Shown here piece by piece: positions 1 through 9,631 of a DNA stretch of 64,000 nucleotides. Origin of the DNA: Spirochaetia bacterium (lineage in GTDB: Bacteria; Spirochaetota; Spirochaetia; DSM-2461); the NCBI GenBank assembly GCA_963668315.1, contig OY764216.1, positions 1,824,001 through 1,888,000 on the forward strand. Reading direction: 5' to 3'. Below the pieces are notes generated by a model. The model saw only the letters and a program-made list of their open reading frames with translations, ran no database searches and was not told the origin of the DNA. A program made the translations under genes and the position numbers. Numbering within the stretch: the first letter of the stretch is position 1; the number at the start of each line of letters is the position of its first letter.

Positions 1-2
1 AT

Positions 3-1079
3 GCTCAGCAGATATATAAGGATATCACCTACGAAGTCAGCTACTGGTATGAAAAGAGTTTTTTCAACCCCTCCCAGCTGACCGCCCATATCACGATATC
101 CGTGGAAGATTCCCTTTCCCTCTATCTTTTTCCCTTCGCCCTCTACGACAGCAACCTGGGAATGGTTTTCGGAGGAAATTTCAGTTATGATAATGTCCTG
201 GGAACCCTGACGAATCTGAGTCTCTCCGGTTATGGCGGTCCCGAAACCTGGCAGATCGGGGGTGTTTGGGATAGTGTCCCCCTGGGCCGGCTGAAGGGCG
301 ACTTTTCCCTCTACTGCCAGCAGGAGAGAACGCGGCGAGTCGACGATGACGATAAAACGGTTCTGGAATACACCAATCTGCTCCTGGATACTTTTATGAA
401 AATCGATTTTCCCCTTTCCTACGGCTGGAAAGTTTCATTTCAGCCCCAGGTCAGTTATCCCTTCAATTATGATCTTGTCTCATGGGACCCATTCTACGGC
501 AGGGAAGAGTTCGATACTCTTGTCCCCAGGACTTCTCTTTCCATCAAAGAGAGCCTCGTCTATGCCAATATCCTCTGGGAGCAGAACTTCCGTATCGGAC
601 TGGAAGGAACCGCCTCACTGGAAATGGAAAGTTATGTTGATGAATGGGAGCCGGTTCATTCCGTGGAAGGATCGGTCAGTGCGTTCTACAGGCCCCTTTC
701 ATTCCTGGGAATGGGGCATCATGTATCGGCCTTCTATGTTTTCAACGGCATAAGGGAAGGGGCGGGGAGTTACATCCGCGGGGTTCTCGATCACCTGATG
801 TACGGGGAATGGGGCGTTTATCTCAATAATAACGTGGATATCCGAGCCATCTCATTGGCTCCGGTGGTTGAAATCCACTGTTATCCCCTTATCGATTTCG
901 GGCTTGTCTGCAACAGTTCTACACCCTATGAGGCTTATGACTACCGTCTGGCCGCCGGATTCGGTATCACCTTCTTCCCCCTGTTCCTGCAGAGCCTGCA
1001 GCTGAATGTGGAAGCGGGATACGATCTTTTCAATAAGGGGCGCCCGGAAATTACATTCAAGTCGGAACTTTTTTTCTGA
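3..1079 (+). CDS. Outer-membrane beta-barrel protein (BamA/TamA/Omp85-like), 5' end outside the window
   Basis: Frame is open from position 3 (AQQIYKDITYEVSY...), so the track start at 102 is internal; amphipathic aromatic-rich beta-strands; C-terminal Phe (FKSELFF). Confidence 0.65.
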   Translation, partial: AQQIYKDITYEVSYWYEKSFFNPSQLTAHITISVEDSLSLYLFPFALYDSNLGMVFGGNFSYDNVLGTLTNLSLSGYGGPETWQIGGVWDSVPLGRLKGDFSLYCQQERTRRVDDDDKTVLEYTNLLLDTFMKIDFPLSYGWKVSFQPQVSYPFNYDLVSWDPFYGREEFDTLVPRTSLSIKESLVYANILWEQNFRIGLEGTASLEMESYVDEWEPVHSVEGSVSAFYRPLSFLGMGHHVSAFYVFNGIREGAGSYIRGVLDHLMYGEWGVYLNNNVDIRAISLAPVVEIHCYPLIDFGLVCNSSTPYEAYDYRLAAGFGITFFPLFLQSLQLNVEAGYDLFNKGRPEITFKSELFF

Positions 1080-1102
1080 TCCGTTCCCCGCTTGATTCCG
1101 TC

Positions 1103-1125
1103 GGGCCGGCGGGTCTGTCCGGCCC
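1103..1125. terminator. GC-rich hairpin between convergent genes (possible bidirectional terminator)
   Basis: GGGCCGG(1103-1109)/CCGGCCC(1119-1125) stem, with further outer pairing; no clear U-tract. Confidence 0.4.
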
Positions 1126-1150
1126 TGGGAAGGGACCGGACATTTATCGA

Positions 1151-1348
1151 TCAGGCGGTAAGGGTTTTCTCTACCAGATAGTTGGTTCTCAGGCAGCTTT
1201 CCATCAGCTGCTTGGGCATAAACTCTTCCCTCTCTGTTTTCCAGTCATCGCGGTATCGGGTGATTTTTACATTGTAACCGTCCTTTAACTCCTCAAGGAT
1301 TGTTATGCTCTCTTTGCTCAAAGATCCGTTTACCAGAAATTCTCTCAT
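1151..1348 (-). CDS. Small hypothetical protein (65 aa)
   Basis: GGAGG SD 8 nt before ATG; sigma28-like promoter upstream; protein-like composition. Confidence 0.75.
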   Translation of the reverse strand: MREFLVNGSLSKESITILEELKDGYNVKITRYRDDWKTEREEFMPKQLMESCLRTNYLVEKTLTA

Positions 1349-1381
1349 TGTGTTTTCCTCCAGGTGGATGATTTAGTACTA

Positions 1382-1408
1382 TTATCGGAGGGGGAAAATA
1401 TTTCTTAA
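1382..1408 (-). promoter_or_regulatory. Sigma28 (FliA)-type promoter
   Basis: Minus strand TTAA-N15-TCCGATAA versus consensus TAAA-N15-GCCGATAA. Confidence 0.65.
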
Positions 1409-1420
1409 GACTTCTTTCAC

Positions 1421-1449
1421 TTTACAATTGCCTGCGATTGAATTATGAT
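1421..1449 (+). promoter_or_regulatory. Sigma70 promoter of yhbY (predicts a leaderless mRNA)
   Basis: TTTACA-N17-TATGAT, 7 nt before ATG 1457, no SD. Confidence 0.6.
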
Positions 1450-1456
1450 CAGACTA

Positions 1457-1753
1457 ATGAAAGAATTAACAAGTCAGCAGCGAAGTTATCTGACGAAAAA
1501 GGCCCATGACCTGAATCCTGTGGTTATGGTCGGGCAGAAGGGAATGACCGAATCTCTGGTCGCCATGGTGGATGAGTCTCTGAAAAATCATGAGCTTATC
1601 AAAGTGAAATTTGTAGATTATAAAGAGAGCCGCCGGGAAATTTCCGATGATATCTGCCAAAAGTGCAACGCCCACCTGATCAGGGTCGTCGGCAATATCG
1701 CCATAATCTTCCGCGAGCAGGAAGACCCCGCCAAAAGACACTATAAAATCTGA
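1457..1753 (+). CDS. yhbY: YhbY/CRM-domain RNA-binding protein
   Basis: LTSQQRSYL..AHDLNPVVMVGQKG..HELIKVK motifs; start moved to 1457. Confidence 0.92.
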   Translation: MKELTSQQRSYLTKKAHDLNPVVMVGQKGMTESLVAMVDESLKNHELIKVKFVDYKESRREISDDICQKCNAHLIRVVGNIAIIFREQEDPAKRHYKI

Positions 1754-2253
1754 TGGATGCTTCCTTCCTAACCGGACTGTCCCGCTCCATGATTCTCTAC
1801 TTCAGGGGGGATCAGAAACGTGTCCATCACGCGTTGAAGGTCCACTCCTTTGCCTCCCTGCTGGGCCGTCTGGAAGGATTTGACGCCCGCCTTCAGATAG
1901 TTCTGGAGACGGCGGCCCTGCTCCATGATATCGGAATTCCCCGGGCCGAGGAGAAATACGGCTCCTCCGCCGGGCCCTATCAGGAAAAGGAGGGACCCGC
2001 CGTGGCTGCGGAGCTTCTGGCCGGTTTTCCCCTGGAGCAAGCGGACCTTGAGCGTGTGCTGTTTCTCATCGGGCACCACCACAGCTACGGAGCGGTGGAC
2101 GGTCCCGATTTCCAGGTACTGATAGAAGCGGACTTTCTTGTGAATATGTTCGAGGACGAAATGTCCCTTGAGCAGATAGAAGCCGTGGAGAGGAACATCT
2201 TCAAGACCGATTCGGGCCGCGAACTACTGAAATCCCTTTACTCTTCCCTGTAA
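1753..2253 (+). CDS. HD-domain phosphohydrolase
   Basis: H..HD (LLHDIG)..HH..D (EADFLVN) motifs; TGATG coupling to yhbY. Confidence 0.88.
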   Translation: MDASFLTGLSRSMILYFRGDQKRVHHALKVHSFASLLGRLEGFDARLQIVLETAALLHDIGIPRAEEKYGSSAGPYQEKEGPAVAAELLAGFPLEQADLERVLFLIGHHHSYGAVDGPDFQVLIEADFLVNMFEDEMSLEQIEAVERNIFKTDSGRELLKSLYSSL

Positions 2254-2861
2254 GCCCTGGCCGCCATGGCCCGGCTGATATCATCGCTTTTTCTTAACAC
2301 ACCATCCACAAGCGGCTCCACCCTGTAACGAAGGCGTATAAAGGGATTTCTCCTTTTATGAAAGCAGCGGTTTCTCGCCGCCCTGTCCAGCGTAGCCGAC
2401 TCGTCCATGATGAGGGGGAGGAATGTCAGGGTCAGGGTAATATGGGTTTTCAGACGGCGTGCCGGGAACAGGGGAATCCAGTGTGTCAGGTTATGAAAGG
2501 CATCGCCCAGTTCCGCCGGATGGGCGCAGGAGGTAAACAGAATCCCCGTCCAGAAAATCTGGAGAAAACGGGCTCCGCTGATCAGGCCCGGACACCAGGT
2601 CCCGGTCTGTCTGACGTCGCTGAGCAGAAGAAGCAGTGCCATGACAAGGGCGAAAACCACCGCTCCTTTCATTTTCCCCAGGGCCGGCTTTACCAGTAAC
2701 GTTCCCAGAATAAGAAAGGGAAAGGCAGCGGCCAGAACGGGTACGGGGCCTACTCCCAGGGCAATGGAGAAGCAGAGGAGCAGAAGAAGCTTGGCGGTAG
2801 GGGGAAGCCGGTGGAGGAGAGAGTTCCCCGGCCGGTAATGAAGAAAGGCTACTTCAGCCAT
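2238..2861 (-). CDS. ECF transporter T component (BioN/CbiQ family)
   Basis: S.LHRL.P.AKL N-terminus, hydrophobic helices, C-terminal AMAARAY motif; start moved to MAEVAFL at 2861. Confidence 0.85.
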   Translation of the reverse strand: MAEVAFLHYRPGNSLLHRLPPTAKLLLLLCFSIALGVGPVPVLAAAFPFLILGTLLVKPALGKMKGAVVFALVMALLLLLSDVRQTGTWCPGLISGARFLQIFWTGILFTSCAHPAELGDAFHNLTHWIPLFPARRLKTHITLTLTFLPLIMDESATLDRAARNRCFHKRRNPFIRLRYRVEPLVDGVLRKSDDISRAMAARAYREE

Positions 2862-3586
2862 GTCAGTCCCTCCGGTCTGCGGACTCCCCAGGTTTCCAGA
2901 TGGGGCCATATCTCCTCCCGGGACCCCTCCCGATGAATCCTGCCCCGTCCCATGAGAAGGAAACTGTCTCCGTGGGCGGCGCATTTGGCCAGATCGTGGG
3001 TAATCAGCAGAAGGGTCATCCCCTTCTCATGGAGGGGAATGAGGGTTCTCAGCACCTGGTCCACCCCCTCCCAGTCCAGTCCGGTAAAGGGTTCATCCAG
3101 GACAAGAAGGTCCGGTTCCATGGCAAGGATCCCGCCTATGGCCACCCGTTTTTTCTCTCCCCCCGAAAGGCTGTGGGGCCTGCGATTCATGAAAGGGGCC
3201 AGGCCCAGTTCATCCCTGACAAGGGAAACCCGTCTTTTAATCTCCCCTTCGGGCAGCCCGAGATTGACCGGGCCGAAGGCCAGTTCCCTTTCAACTGTCT
3301 GTTCAATGAACTGGAGATCGGAATTCTGAAAGACCAGTCCCACCCGGCGGCGGATCTCATCCCCCATGGTGCTGATATTCCTTCCCCGGAAAAAGATCTC
3401 CCCCCGGTCCGGCTTTTCCAGGCCGTTAAGATGATTCATCAGAACCGTTTTCCCCGAACCGTTGGCCCCCGCCAGAATGGTCCAGCTCCCTTCTTTCAGG
3501 GAAAAGCTGATTCCCTCTAGGACGGGACGGCCCTTTTCGAAGGAGCGGTCCAGGTTCCGGACTTCCAGCAGGGGAGTTGCGCTCAT
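2849..3586 (-). CDS. ECF transporter ATPase (BioM/CbiO family)
   Basis: Walker A GANGSGKT, VGLVFQN, LSGGEKKR, LDEP. Confidence 0.93.
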   Translation of the reverse strand: MSATPLLEVRNLDRSFEKGRPVLEGISFSLKEGSWTILAGANGSGKTVLMNHLNGLEKPDRGEIFFRGRNISTMGDEIRRRVGLVFQNSDLQFIEQTVERELAFGPVNLGLPEGEIKRRVSLVRDELGLAPFMNRRPHSLSGGEKKRVAIGGILAMEPDLLVLDEPFTGLDWEGVDQVLRTLIPLHEKGMTLLLITHDLAKCAAHGDSFLLMGRGRIHREGSREEIWPHLETWGVRRPEGLTWLK

Positions 3587-4134
3587 TCCTCGTTATCCCC
3601 ATAAAATCGGGGTATCATCAGGCGGGCCAGGAGAACGGCGGCGATGGCCTTGAGAATATCACCGGTAAGAAAGGGGGTGAAACCGGCCGCCAGGGTTTCG
3701 GGCCAGGTCAGGGAGAGTCTGAATTTGAGCCAGGGCAGACCGGGAAGGTAGATCAGTACGGTCCCGGCAATAACGGCGGCTATCAGCCTGGGCAGGATGT
3801 TGCTGCCCCCAGCTTTCACCGGATTAACGATCAGTCCGCAGACCGCCGCCGCCAGGAAATAACCCAGCAGATACCCCCCGGTGGGACCCGTCAGAACGGC
3901 AAATCCTCCCTTGGCGCCGGAGAAAACCGGAAGTCCCACCGCACCGAGCAGTAGATAGACCGCCACGGCGGCGGCTCCCCCCCTGAAACCCAGGAGCATC
4001 CCTGCCAGTAGGATGAACAGAGTGGCCAGGACGACGGGAACCGGTCCAACGGGCACGGCGATGTAAGCTCCGGCAATAATCAGGGCCGTAAAAAGGGCGG
4101 TCAACACAATTTTCTGAATCTCGTTTTTTTCCAT
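3583..4134 (-). CDS. bioY: Biotin ECF substrate-binding component BioY
   Basis: GPVPVVL, YLLLGAVGLPVFSG, GPTGGYLLG, GDILK motifs; start moved to MEKNEIQ at 4134. Confidence 0.93.
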   Translation of the reverse strand: MEKNEIQKIVLTALFTALIIAGAYIAVPVGPVPVVLATLFILLAGMLLGFRGGAAAVAVYLLLGAVGLPVFSGAKGGFAVLTGPTGGYLLGYFLAAAVCGLIVNPVKAGGSNILPRLIAAVIAGTVLIYLPGLPWLKFRLSLTWPETLAAGFTPFLTGDILKAIAAVLLARLMIPRFYGDNEE

Positions 4135-4186
4135 ACCATATCCTTTATCTCTTAAAATCGGGAGTAGCGCAGTCGGCCGGCTCCTC

Positions 4187-5122
4187 CTATGATGTTCTTT
4201 CCGTTTTTTCGCACTCCCCGGGCAGTACGGTACGACCCGTATCCAAAAGGAGGGCTCCCGAATCGCTGACTTCCCGGGGAATCCCCGCCAGCCTTTCACC
4301 GTGGCCAAGGGAAAACAGAACCCGGCCCCGCCGTATCAGCATATCGTTGTAAAGCTTCGGCAGGGAGTCGTCCCCTTCTTTTCTGTGCCTTTCCATGCCG
4401 TTCAGGTAACGTTTAATCAGATCGGACCGGGAGAGATTTCGGCCTGTCAGCGAACTCAGTGAGCAGGTCTGACCGGGCAGGGGAGGGGCGTTGTTCACGT
4501 TGATCCCCACCCCCAGGTTAAAGCGGGTTATCCGCTCTTCCTCCCCGGAGAAGGCCGCCAGTACGCCGATGATTTTTTTCCCTTCCACAAGAATATCGTT
4601 GGGCCATTTAATGAAAGCATTCTGCCCGTAATCGTCCCTGAGTACTTCCGTCAACGTTACCAGAGCGGCCATGGTGGCCCGGTAGCTCCGGGGCGAGGGA
4701 AGGACCGAAGAGAAGCTGTGGGTAAAGAAAAGTCCGCCCCGGGGAGAGACCCACTCCCTCTCCCTTCTGCCGCGCCCGGCGTTCTGTACATCGGCGGTGA
4801 CGACAAAATCCTCCCCGCCTCCCTGGCGGCTGAGTATATCGTCGGCATAGTCCATGGTGGAACCGGTCTCTTCCAGGCAGTAGAATCTCTCCCGGCCCGA
4901 AAAGAGGTGGGCCCCCATGGGATCATCCGGTTTTCCCGTCAGGCGGTATCCCTTCCGGGATGATTCTATGGAGTAGCCCATCTCTTCCAGACGGCCTATC
5001 TGCTTCCAGACCGCCACACGGGAGATCCCCAGGTGGCGGCTCAGAACTTCCCCCGAAATGGACCCGTCCGCTCCTTCGAGAAGCGAAAGCAGTATAGCCC
5101 GTGAATCGTTAATGTTAACCAT
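4187..5122 (-). CDS. birA: Bifunctional biotin-protein ligase/repressor BirA with N-terminal HTH
   Basis: HTH SGEVLSRHLGISRVAVWKQI; STMD, QNAGRGRRER-W-SP, KWPNDI, GVGINVN. Confidence 0.95.
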   Translation of the reverse strand: MVNINDSRAILLSLLEGADGSISGEVLSRHLGISRVAVWKQIGRLEEMGYSIESSRKGYRLTGKPDDPMGAHLFSGRERFYCLEETGSTMDYADDILSRQGGGEDFVVTADVQNAGRGRREREWVSPRGGLFFTHSFSSVLPSPRSYRATMAALVTLTEVLRDDYGQNAFIKWPNDILVEGKKIIGVLAAFSGEEERITRFNLGVGINVNNAPPLPGQTCSLSSLTGRNLSRSDLIKRYLNGMERHRKEGDDSLPKLYNDMLIRRGRVLFSLGHGERLAGIPREVSDSGALLLDTGRTVLPGECEKTERTS

Positions 5123-5143
5123 GATAAAATGAAGGTTAACGAA
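5111..5143. promoter_or_regulatory. BirA operator overlapping the birA -10 box and start codon
   Basis: aaTGTTAAC-N15-GTTAACGaa; minus-strand promoter TTGACT(5161-5156)-N17-TAACCT(5138-5133). Confidence 0.8.
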
Positions 5144-5203
5144 AGTATGTAATTTAGTCAAGTTATCCTTTTCGATTCGACAAAAATAGTTTAGAATAGT
5201 AAT

Positions 5204-6706
5204 ATGAATAGTAAAAATCCGACCCTTAATAGCTTGATTGAGAAGCAGAGGGAGATAAAATTACTCGGTTCCATCCAGGCTCTCCTGGATTGGGATCAGG
5301 AAACCTATATGCCGGAAAAAGCCATTGAATGGCGCTCGGAACAGCTTGCCTGGCTTTCCGGACAGGCCCATCGCCGGGAGACGTCGAAGGAGATCGGCGC
5401 TTTTCTGGAGGAGCTCCGCGGGTATGCCCCGGCCGGCGACAGGGAAAAGGCCCTCATTGACATATCCCTCCGGGACTACCGGCGGGCCCTTGCTTTTCCC
5501 GAAGAGTATGTCGTGGAGAAAGCCCGCCATCACAGCCGGGCTCAGAATGCCTGGGTAAAAGCCCGGGAAGCGGGGGACTTCGAAGCCTTCCGTCCCTTCC
5601 TGGAAAAAAATATGGAGTATGCCCGGCGCGATGCGGACTATCTCGGCTACGAAGGCCACCCCTACAACGCCCTCCTGGATCTTTACGAGCCGGGAATGAA
5701 GGCCGAGCGGGTGAAGTCGCTCTTCGATCCCCTCGGCGATTACCTTGCCGATCTGGTCAGAAGAATCGGCGCAGCCGATCAGGTAAAGGATGATTTCCTC
5801 CATCTCAGCTGTCCCGTAGAAGGACAGGAAACTCTGGGGAAGGAGATCCTCCGGCTCATAGGCTATGAATTCGACCGAGGGCGGCTCGATCCCACCGCCC
5901 ATCCTTTCACCACCGAACTGGGGCCCCATGACGTGCGCGTCACCACCCGCTACGATGAGTTCGAGTTCACCTCCAACCTGTTCAGTGTTATCCATGAGGG
6001 GGGGCACGCCCTGTACGAGCTGGGAGTCGATGGGGACATCGCCGAAACCATCCTCGGCACGGGGACTTCCCTGGGGATCCACGAGTCCCAGTCCCGCTTC
6101 TGGGAAAACCTCCTGGGGCGGAGCCGCGCCTTCTGCGAAGGATTCCTTCCCCTGTTTAAGGACACCTTCCCCGATGTTTTCGGCAAGATAGACGGGGAAA
6201 CCCTCTACCGGGCCATCAACCGGGTCAAACCCTCCCTCATCCGCATCGAAGCGGACGAAGTGACCTACAGTCTTCACGTGATCCTCCGGTTCAACCTGGA
6301 AATGGCCCTCCTGGAGGGCAGCCTGGCCGTGAAGGATCTGCCCGAAGCCTGGAACGCCGAATCGGGAAAGCTTCTGGGAGTCGTCCCTTCCCATGTCGCC
6401 GAAGGGGTTCTGCAGGATGTTCACTGGTCCCACGGCCTCATCGGCTATTTCCCCACCTACGCCCTGGGAAATCTCTACGGCGCCCAGTTCCTGGACCGCA
6501 TGAAAAAAGATCTTCCCGGCCTGGACGGCAGCCTGCGAAACCGGAACTGCGAGCCGCCCCTCGCCTGGCTGCGGGAGAAGATCCACCGGCACGGGTCGGT
6601 TTATACCGCCGACGAGCTCTGCCTCCGCGTGACGGGGGAAGAACTGGACTATCGTTACTTTACTGACTATCTGGAAAGAAAATACGCAGAGATATATGGA
6701 GTATAA
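5204..6706 (+). CDS. Carboxypeptidase, M32 (Taq) family
   Basis: WDQETYMP, HPF, DVRVTTRY, HEGGH, HESQS, IRIEADE, QDVHW, GYFPTYALG. Confidence 0.96.
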   Translation: MNSKNPTLNSLIEKQREIKLLGSIQALLDWDQETYMPEKAIEWRSEQLAWLSGQAHRRETSKEIGAFLEELRGYAPAGDREKALIDISLRDYRRALAFPEEYVVEKARHHSRAQNAWVKAREAGDFEAFRPFLEKNMEYARRDADYLGYEGHPYNALLDLYEPGMKAERVKSLFDPLGDYLADLVRRIGAADQVKDDFLHLSCPVEGQETLGKEILRLIGYEFDRGRLDPTAHPFTTELGPHDVRVTTRYDEFEFTSNLFSVIHEGGHALYELGVDGDIAETILGTGTSLGIHESQSRFWENLLGRSRAFCEGFLPLFKDTFPDVFGKIDGETLYRAINRVKPSLIRIEADEVTYSLHVILRFNLEMALLEGSLAVKDLPEAWNAESGKLLGVVPSHVAEGVLQDVHWSHGLIGYFPTYALGNLYGAQFLDRMKKDLPGLDGSLRNRNCEPPLAWLREKIHRHGSVYTADELCLRVTGEELDYRYFTDYLERKYAEIYGV

Positions 6707-6709
6707 AGC

Positions 6710-7603
6710 ATGTCAGACCGCTTGATAATGGAAACCCTGCCCCTCGATAAGAGAGCGGCAGACTATGTCAACACCGCCGTCCTCAGAACCAGTCTTCTGA
6801 AAAAGCAGACCGAGTTCCGCGTTCTGGTCCCTGGAAACGTAGCCATGCTCGTTTTCTACTTCGGCCGGGGAATCTACGAGATCCGGGAAGACCGCTGGGT
6901 CCGCCCCGAATCCCCCGTATCCTTCATGGGCATACAGACCGAGCCCCGCTACTTCGCCGATCTGGAAGAGTACGAAGCGGTTCTGTTCTACCTCACCCCC
7001 TACGGGGTCAGCTCCCTCTTCGGCAAGGACGCCGCCTCCCTGGTGAACAAATCCTACCAGAAAGTCCCCGCCCTGGAAGAGCACATGCCCTGGCTTACCG
7101 ACGAAAATTTCCTCGCGCTGCCCCTTAAAGAGCGCGCCGGCCGCATCGCCGAAGGAGTGCAGACCTATTTTCTGGAGAAAAGCCGGTCCGCCCCGGAAAC
7201 TCTCATCAAAATCCATGATTACGTCGAATCCTCCCACGGCTCCATACAGGTCAAGGATCTGGCGGACAAGCTCAGCCTCACCCGTCAGAACCTCTTCTAC
7301 CTGGCCAAAAAACACATGGGGGTCAATCTCAACGTCTACAGCCGCATAGAGAGGCTCCGTTACGCCATCTCCCTCCTTCAGAAGGGTTACAAATGGAGCG
7401 AAATCGTCTCCGTGGCCGGCTATTACGATTACTCCCACCTGACCAAGGACCTCAAGCTCTTCACCCACATGCCCGTGGCCCGCTACAAGGAACTCATCAA
7501 AAACGACAATTCCGACCTTACCGAGTTCATGCGCAACCAGGTGGGCTGTTTCTACTACTATCTGCCCCCCTCCGGACTTTTTTCCATGGGAGCTCACAGG
7601 TAG
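6710..7603 (+). CDS. AraC-family transcriptional regulator
   Basis: C-terminal double HTH (VKDLADKLSLTRQNL...AGYYDYSHLTKDLK). Confidence 0.88.
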   Translation: MSDRLIMETLPLDKRAADYVNTAVLRTSLLKKQTEFRVLVPGNVAMLVFYFGRGIYEIREDRWVRPESPVSFMGIQTEPRYFADLEEYEAVLFYLTPYGVSSLFGKDAASLVNKSYQKVPALEEHMPWLTDENFLALPLKERAGRIAEGVQTYFLEKSRSAPETLIKIHDYVESSHGSIQVKDLADKLSLTRQNLFYLAKKHMGVNLNVYSRIERLRYAISLLQKGYKWSEIVSVAGYYDYSHLTKDLKLFTHMPVARYKELIKNDNSDLTEFMRNQVGCFYYYLPPSGLFSMGAHR

Positions 7604-7605
7604 AT

Positions 7606-7703
7606 TGCGGGCGGCCCGGCGCTTCGCGCCGTCGGGCTATGCGGGGGTGTCCGTCGCGTTGCGACCCGGGCCTCCCGGCCCGGCCCCTCCTATCCCTCCC
7701 GCG
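7606..7703 (+). ncRNA. Flavo-1-like structured element, copy A
   Basis: TGCGGG..hairpin..TCGGGCTATGC..variable stems..CTATCCCT CCCGCG; shares its core with copies at 38491-38610 and 44348-44470; family name from recalled motif similarity only. Confidence 0.6.
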
Positions 7704-8579
7704 TCAGCTGCGCTGACCTCCCGAAAGATACATGAGAACCACTCCGATAAAAATCAGTCCGTAGCCGAACACATGGACCGCCGAAACGGCCTCTCCCAGG
7801 ACAATAATTCCCAGGAGTGCCGCCGTCAGCGGTTCGGTCATTCCCAGAACAAAGGCGTGGCCGGCGGGAATCCCCTCCAGGGATCGGTTGAACAGGGCGT
7901 AGGGCACCGAGGCGGAAAGGACTCCCAGAAGAATCAGGGGAACAATCGTCCGGATATGGGGAATCACCATCCAGTCGGCCCGGATGAGAAGGGGCGTCAT
8001 GACAAGCCCCCCCAGAAACATGACCAGCGTCGTCACATCCAGGGAACTGCGGTTTTTCTGGAGCCTCTTCATGGTCAGTCCCGTCAGGCTCCAGCCCAGA
8101 CAGGCCCCCAGGGCAAACAGAAGTCCCGTCGGATCAACCAGATATTCCCAGTTTATCCAGGCCAGAACAATCGATCCCGCCAGAGTCATGCCCACCGACC
8201 GGTACCAGCGGCTTGTCAGGGGCGTCCGGTCGACAAAGTGTTCAATCAGCCCGGCGAAAAGGGGAGAGAGGCCTATGTAAATCATCGTGCTCAGTCCCAC
8301 TCCCGCCTTCAGAACGGCGGTGAAGAAACTTATCTGCGTCAGGGTAATGGCCACAATGCTCAGAAGGAGAGTTTTACCCTCACCCGGAACGGGGCGGAGA
8401 ATCCGTCCGATATGCTTCCCCGAATAGGCCAGCAGAAACAGACCTCCGATCAGGAGCCGGAAAGCGCCTATGGACAGGGAGGTGAATCCCTCGGGCAGCA
8501 GAGAGGCCAGTGTTCCCGAACACCCCCAGGTTATGCCGGCGAAGAGGGCCTGGACCGAATATTTCCTAGATGAGGACAT
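7704..8579 (-). CDS. DMT/EamA-family transporter
   Basis: About 10 TM helices in two repeats; WG, FR, TEPLTA..LG..VLGE motifs. Confidence 0.9.
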   Translation of the reverse strand: MSSSRKYSVQALFAGITWGCSGTLASLLPEGFTSLSIGAFRLLIGGLFLLAYSGKHIGRILRPVPGEGKTLLLSIVAITLTQISFFTAVLKAGVGLSTMIYIGLSPLFAGLIEHFVDRTPLTSRWYRSVGMTLAGSIVLAWINWEYLVDPTGLLFALGACLGWSLTGLTMKRLQKNRSSLDVTTLVMFLGGLVMTPLLIRADWMVIPHIRTIVPLILLGVLSASVPYALFNRSLEGIPAGHAFVLGMTEPLTAALLGIIVLGEAVSAVHVFGYGLIFIGVVLMYLSGGQRS

Positions 8580-9558
8580 GCCGTTCCTCCCCATGGGCGG
8601 CGAAGTACTCCCTGTACAGTTCGTCCATCTCCCCGGCTGTTCCGGCGTTGACGATGCGGCTGGAGTGGAGGTGATGTCCGAAGCGTAGATTCTCGCTGAA
8701 ATACAGACTGAACCTGCGGGCCCTGGTTTTATGAAATTCCGGGGGCTGATGAATCAGCAGAAGATCGTAAAACCGTTCCCAGCACTCCAGAAGATCGATC
8801 CTGACCGTTTCCAGGGGCTCTCCGGCAAGGCGTTTTTTAATCAGGGCGAAGAACCAGGGCTGCCTCACGGCCTGCCGCCCGATCATGGAACCGCCGGGCC
8901 GCTGCTTTTCCCAACAGTTCCGATAGGATTCCCAGCTGTTGATATGCCCGTTGGCCACTACAGGTATGGGCAGTTCCCTTTGAAGAAGGCCGATAAAATC
9001 CTTGCGGGGAGGACGGGAGCCCTTCTCCTTCCGAGTCTTGGGATGGAGAACCAGAAAGTCGGCCCCCGCCTCGGCCAGGGCCCGGGCAAAGGAGAGCAGT
9101 TCCTCCCCGTTCTCCTTCTCTCCCAATCGGATCTTGGCCGAGAGGGCTATCTCTTCAGGCAGAACATCGCGCAGGTTTTTTATGATATCCGCCGCTTTCT
9201 CCCCGGACCGCATCAGGGCGCAGCCGGCTCCGTATTTGATGATGTGCGGGGCGGAACAGCCCATGTTCACATCGATTCCCGCCGGGGAGAGGCGGGCCAG
9301 TTTTTCCGCCGCCCCGGTAATCTCGTTCCGGTCCTGTCCGATCAGCTGGAAAATCATACGGTCCGCACCGGGCTCCGTCCTGTCATAATACTCTTCCAGG
9401 GGACCCCCCTGACGGTAGAGCCGGGCGTCAATCATCTCCGAATAATAATAATCGCATCCGCCGTAGCCCTCTATCAGCAGGCGGAACCCGGCGTGGGTCA
9501 GATCCGCCATGGGGGCGAGGAACAGAGTATGCCTGTCGGCACCAAGGGGTAATTTCAT
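8566..9558 (-). CDS. tRNA-dihydrouridine synthase (Dus family)
   Basis: LAPMA, SEM, QL.G, IDVNMGCS, GAGCALM, KIRLG, H, NGHI, IGR; start moved to MKLPLG at 9558 (GGAG SD). Confidence 0.92.
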   Translation of the reverse strand: MKLPLGADRHTLFLAPMADLTHAGFRLLIEGYGGCDYYYSEMIDARLYRQGGPLEEYYDRTEPGADRMIFQLIGQDRNEITGAAEKLARLSPAGIDVNMGCSAPHIIKYGAGCALMRSGEKAADIIKNLRDVLPEEIALSAKIRLGEKENGEELLSFARALAEAGADFLVLHPKTRKEKGSRPPRKDFIGLLQRELPIPVVANGHINSWESYRNCWEKQRPGGSMIGRQAVRQPWFFALIKKRLAGEPLETVRIDLLECWERFYDLLLIHQPPEFHKTRARRFSLYFSENLRFGHHLHSSRIVNAGTAGEMDELYREYFAAHGEERHVLI

Positions 9559-9631
9559 CTTTTCTCCGGCGGAAAGAATACCACAATCACAGGGCTTCTC
9601 CAATGGCCGGAAGGGGGCTATAATCGGGAAT

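Noticed and set aside
1080..1140. Possible fourth Flavo-1-like copy (contains GTCGGGC)
   Set aside because: Lacks the CTWT continuation and the ATCCCT partner; a simple hairpin between convergent genes explains it
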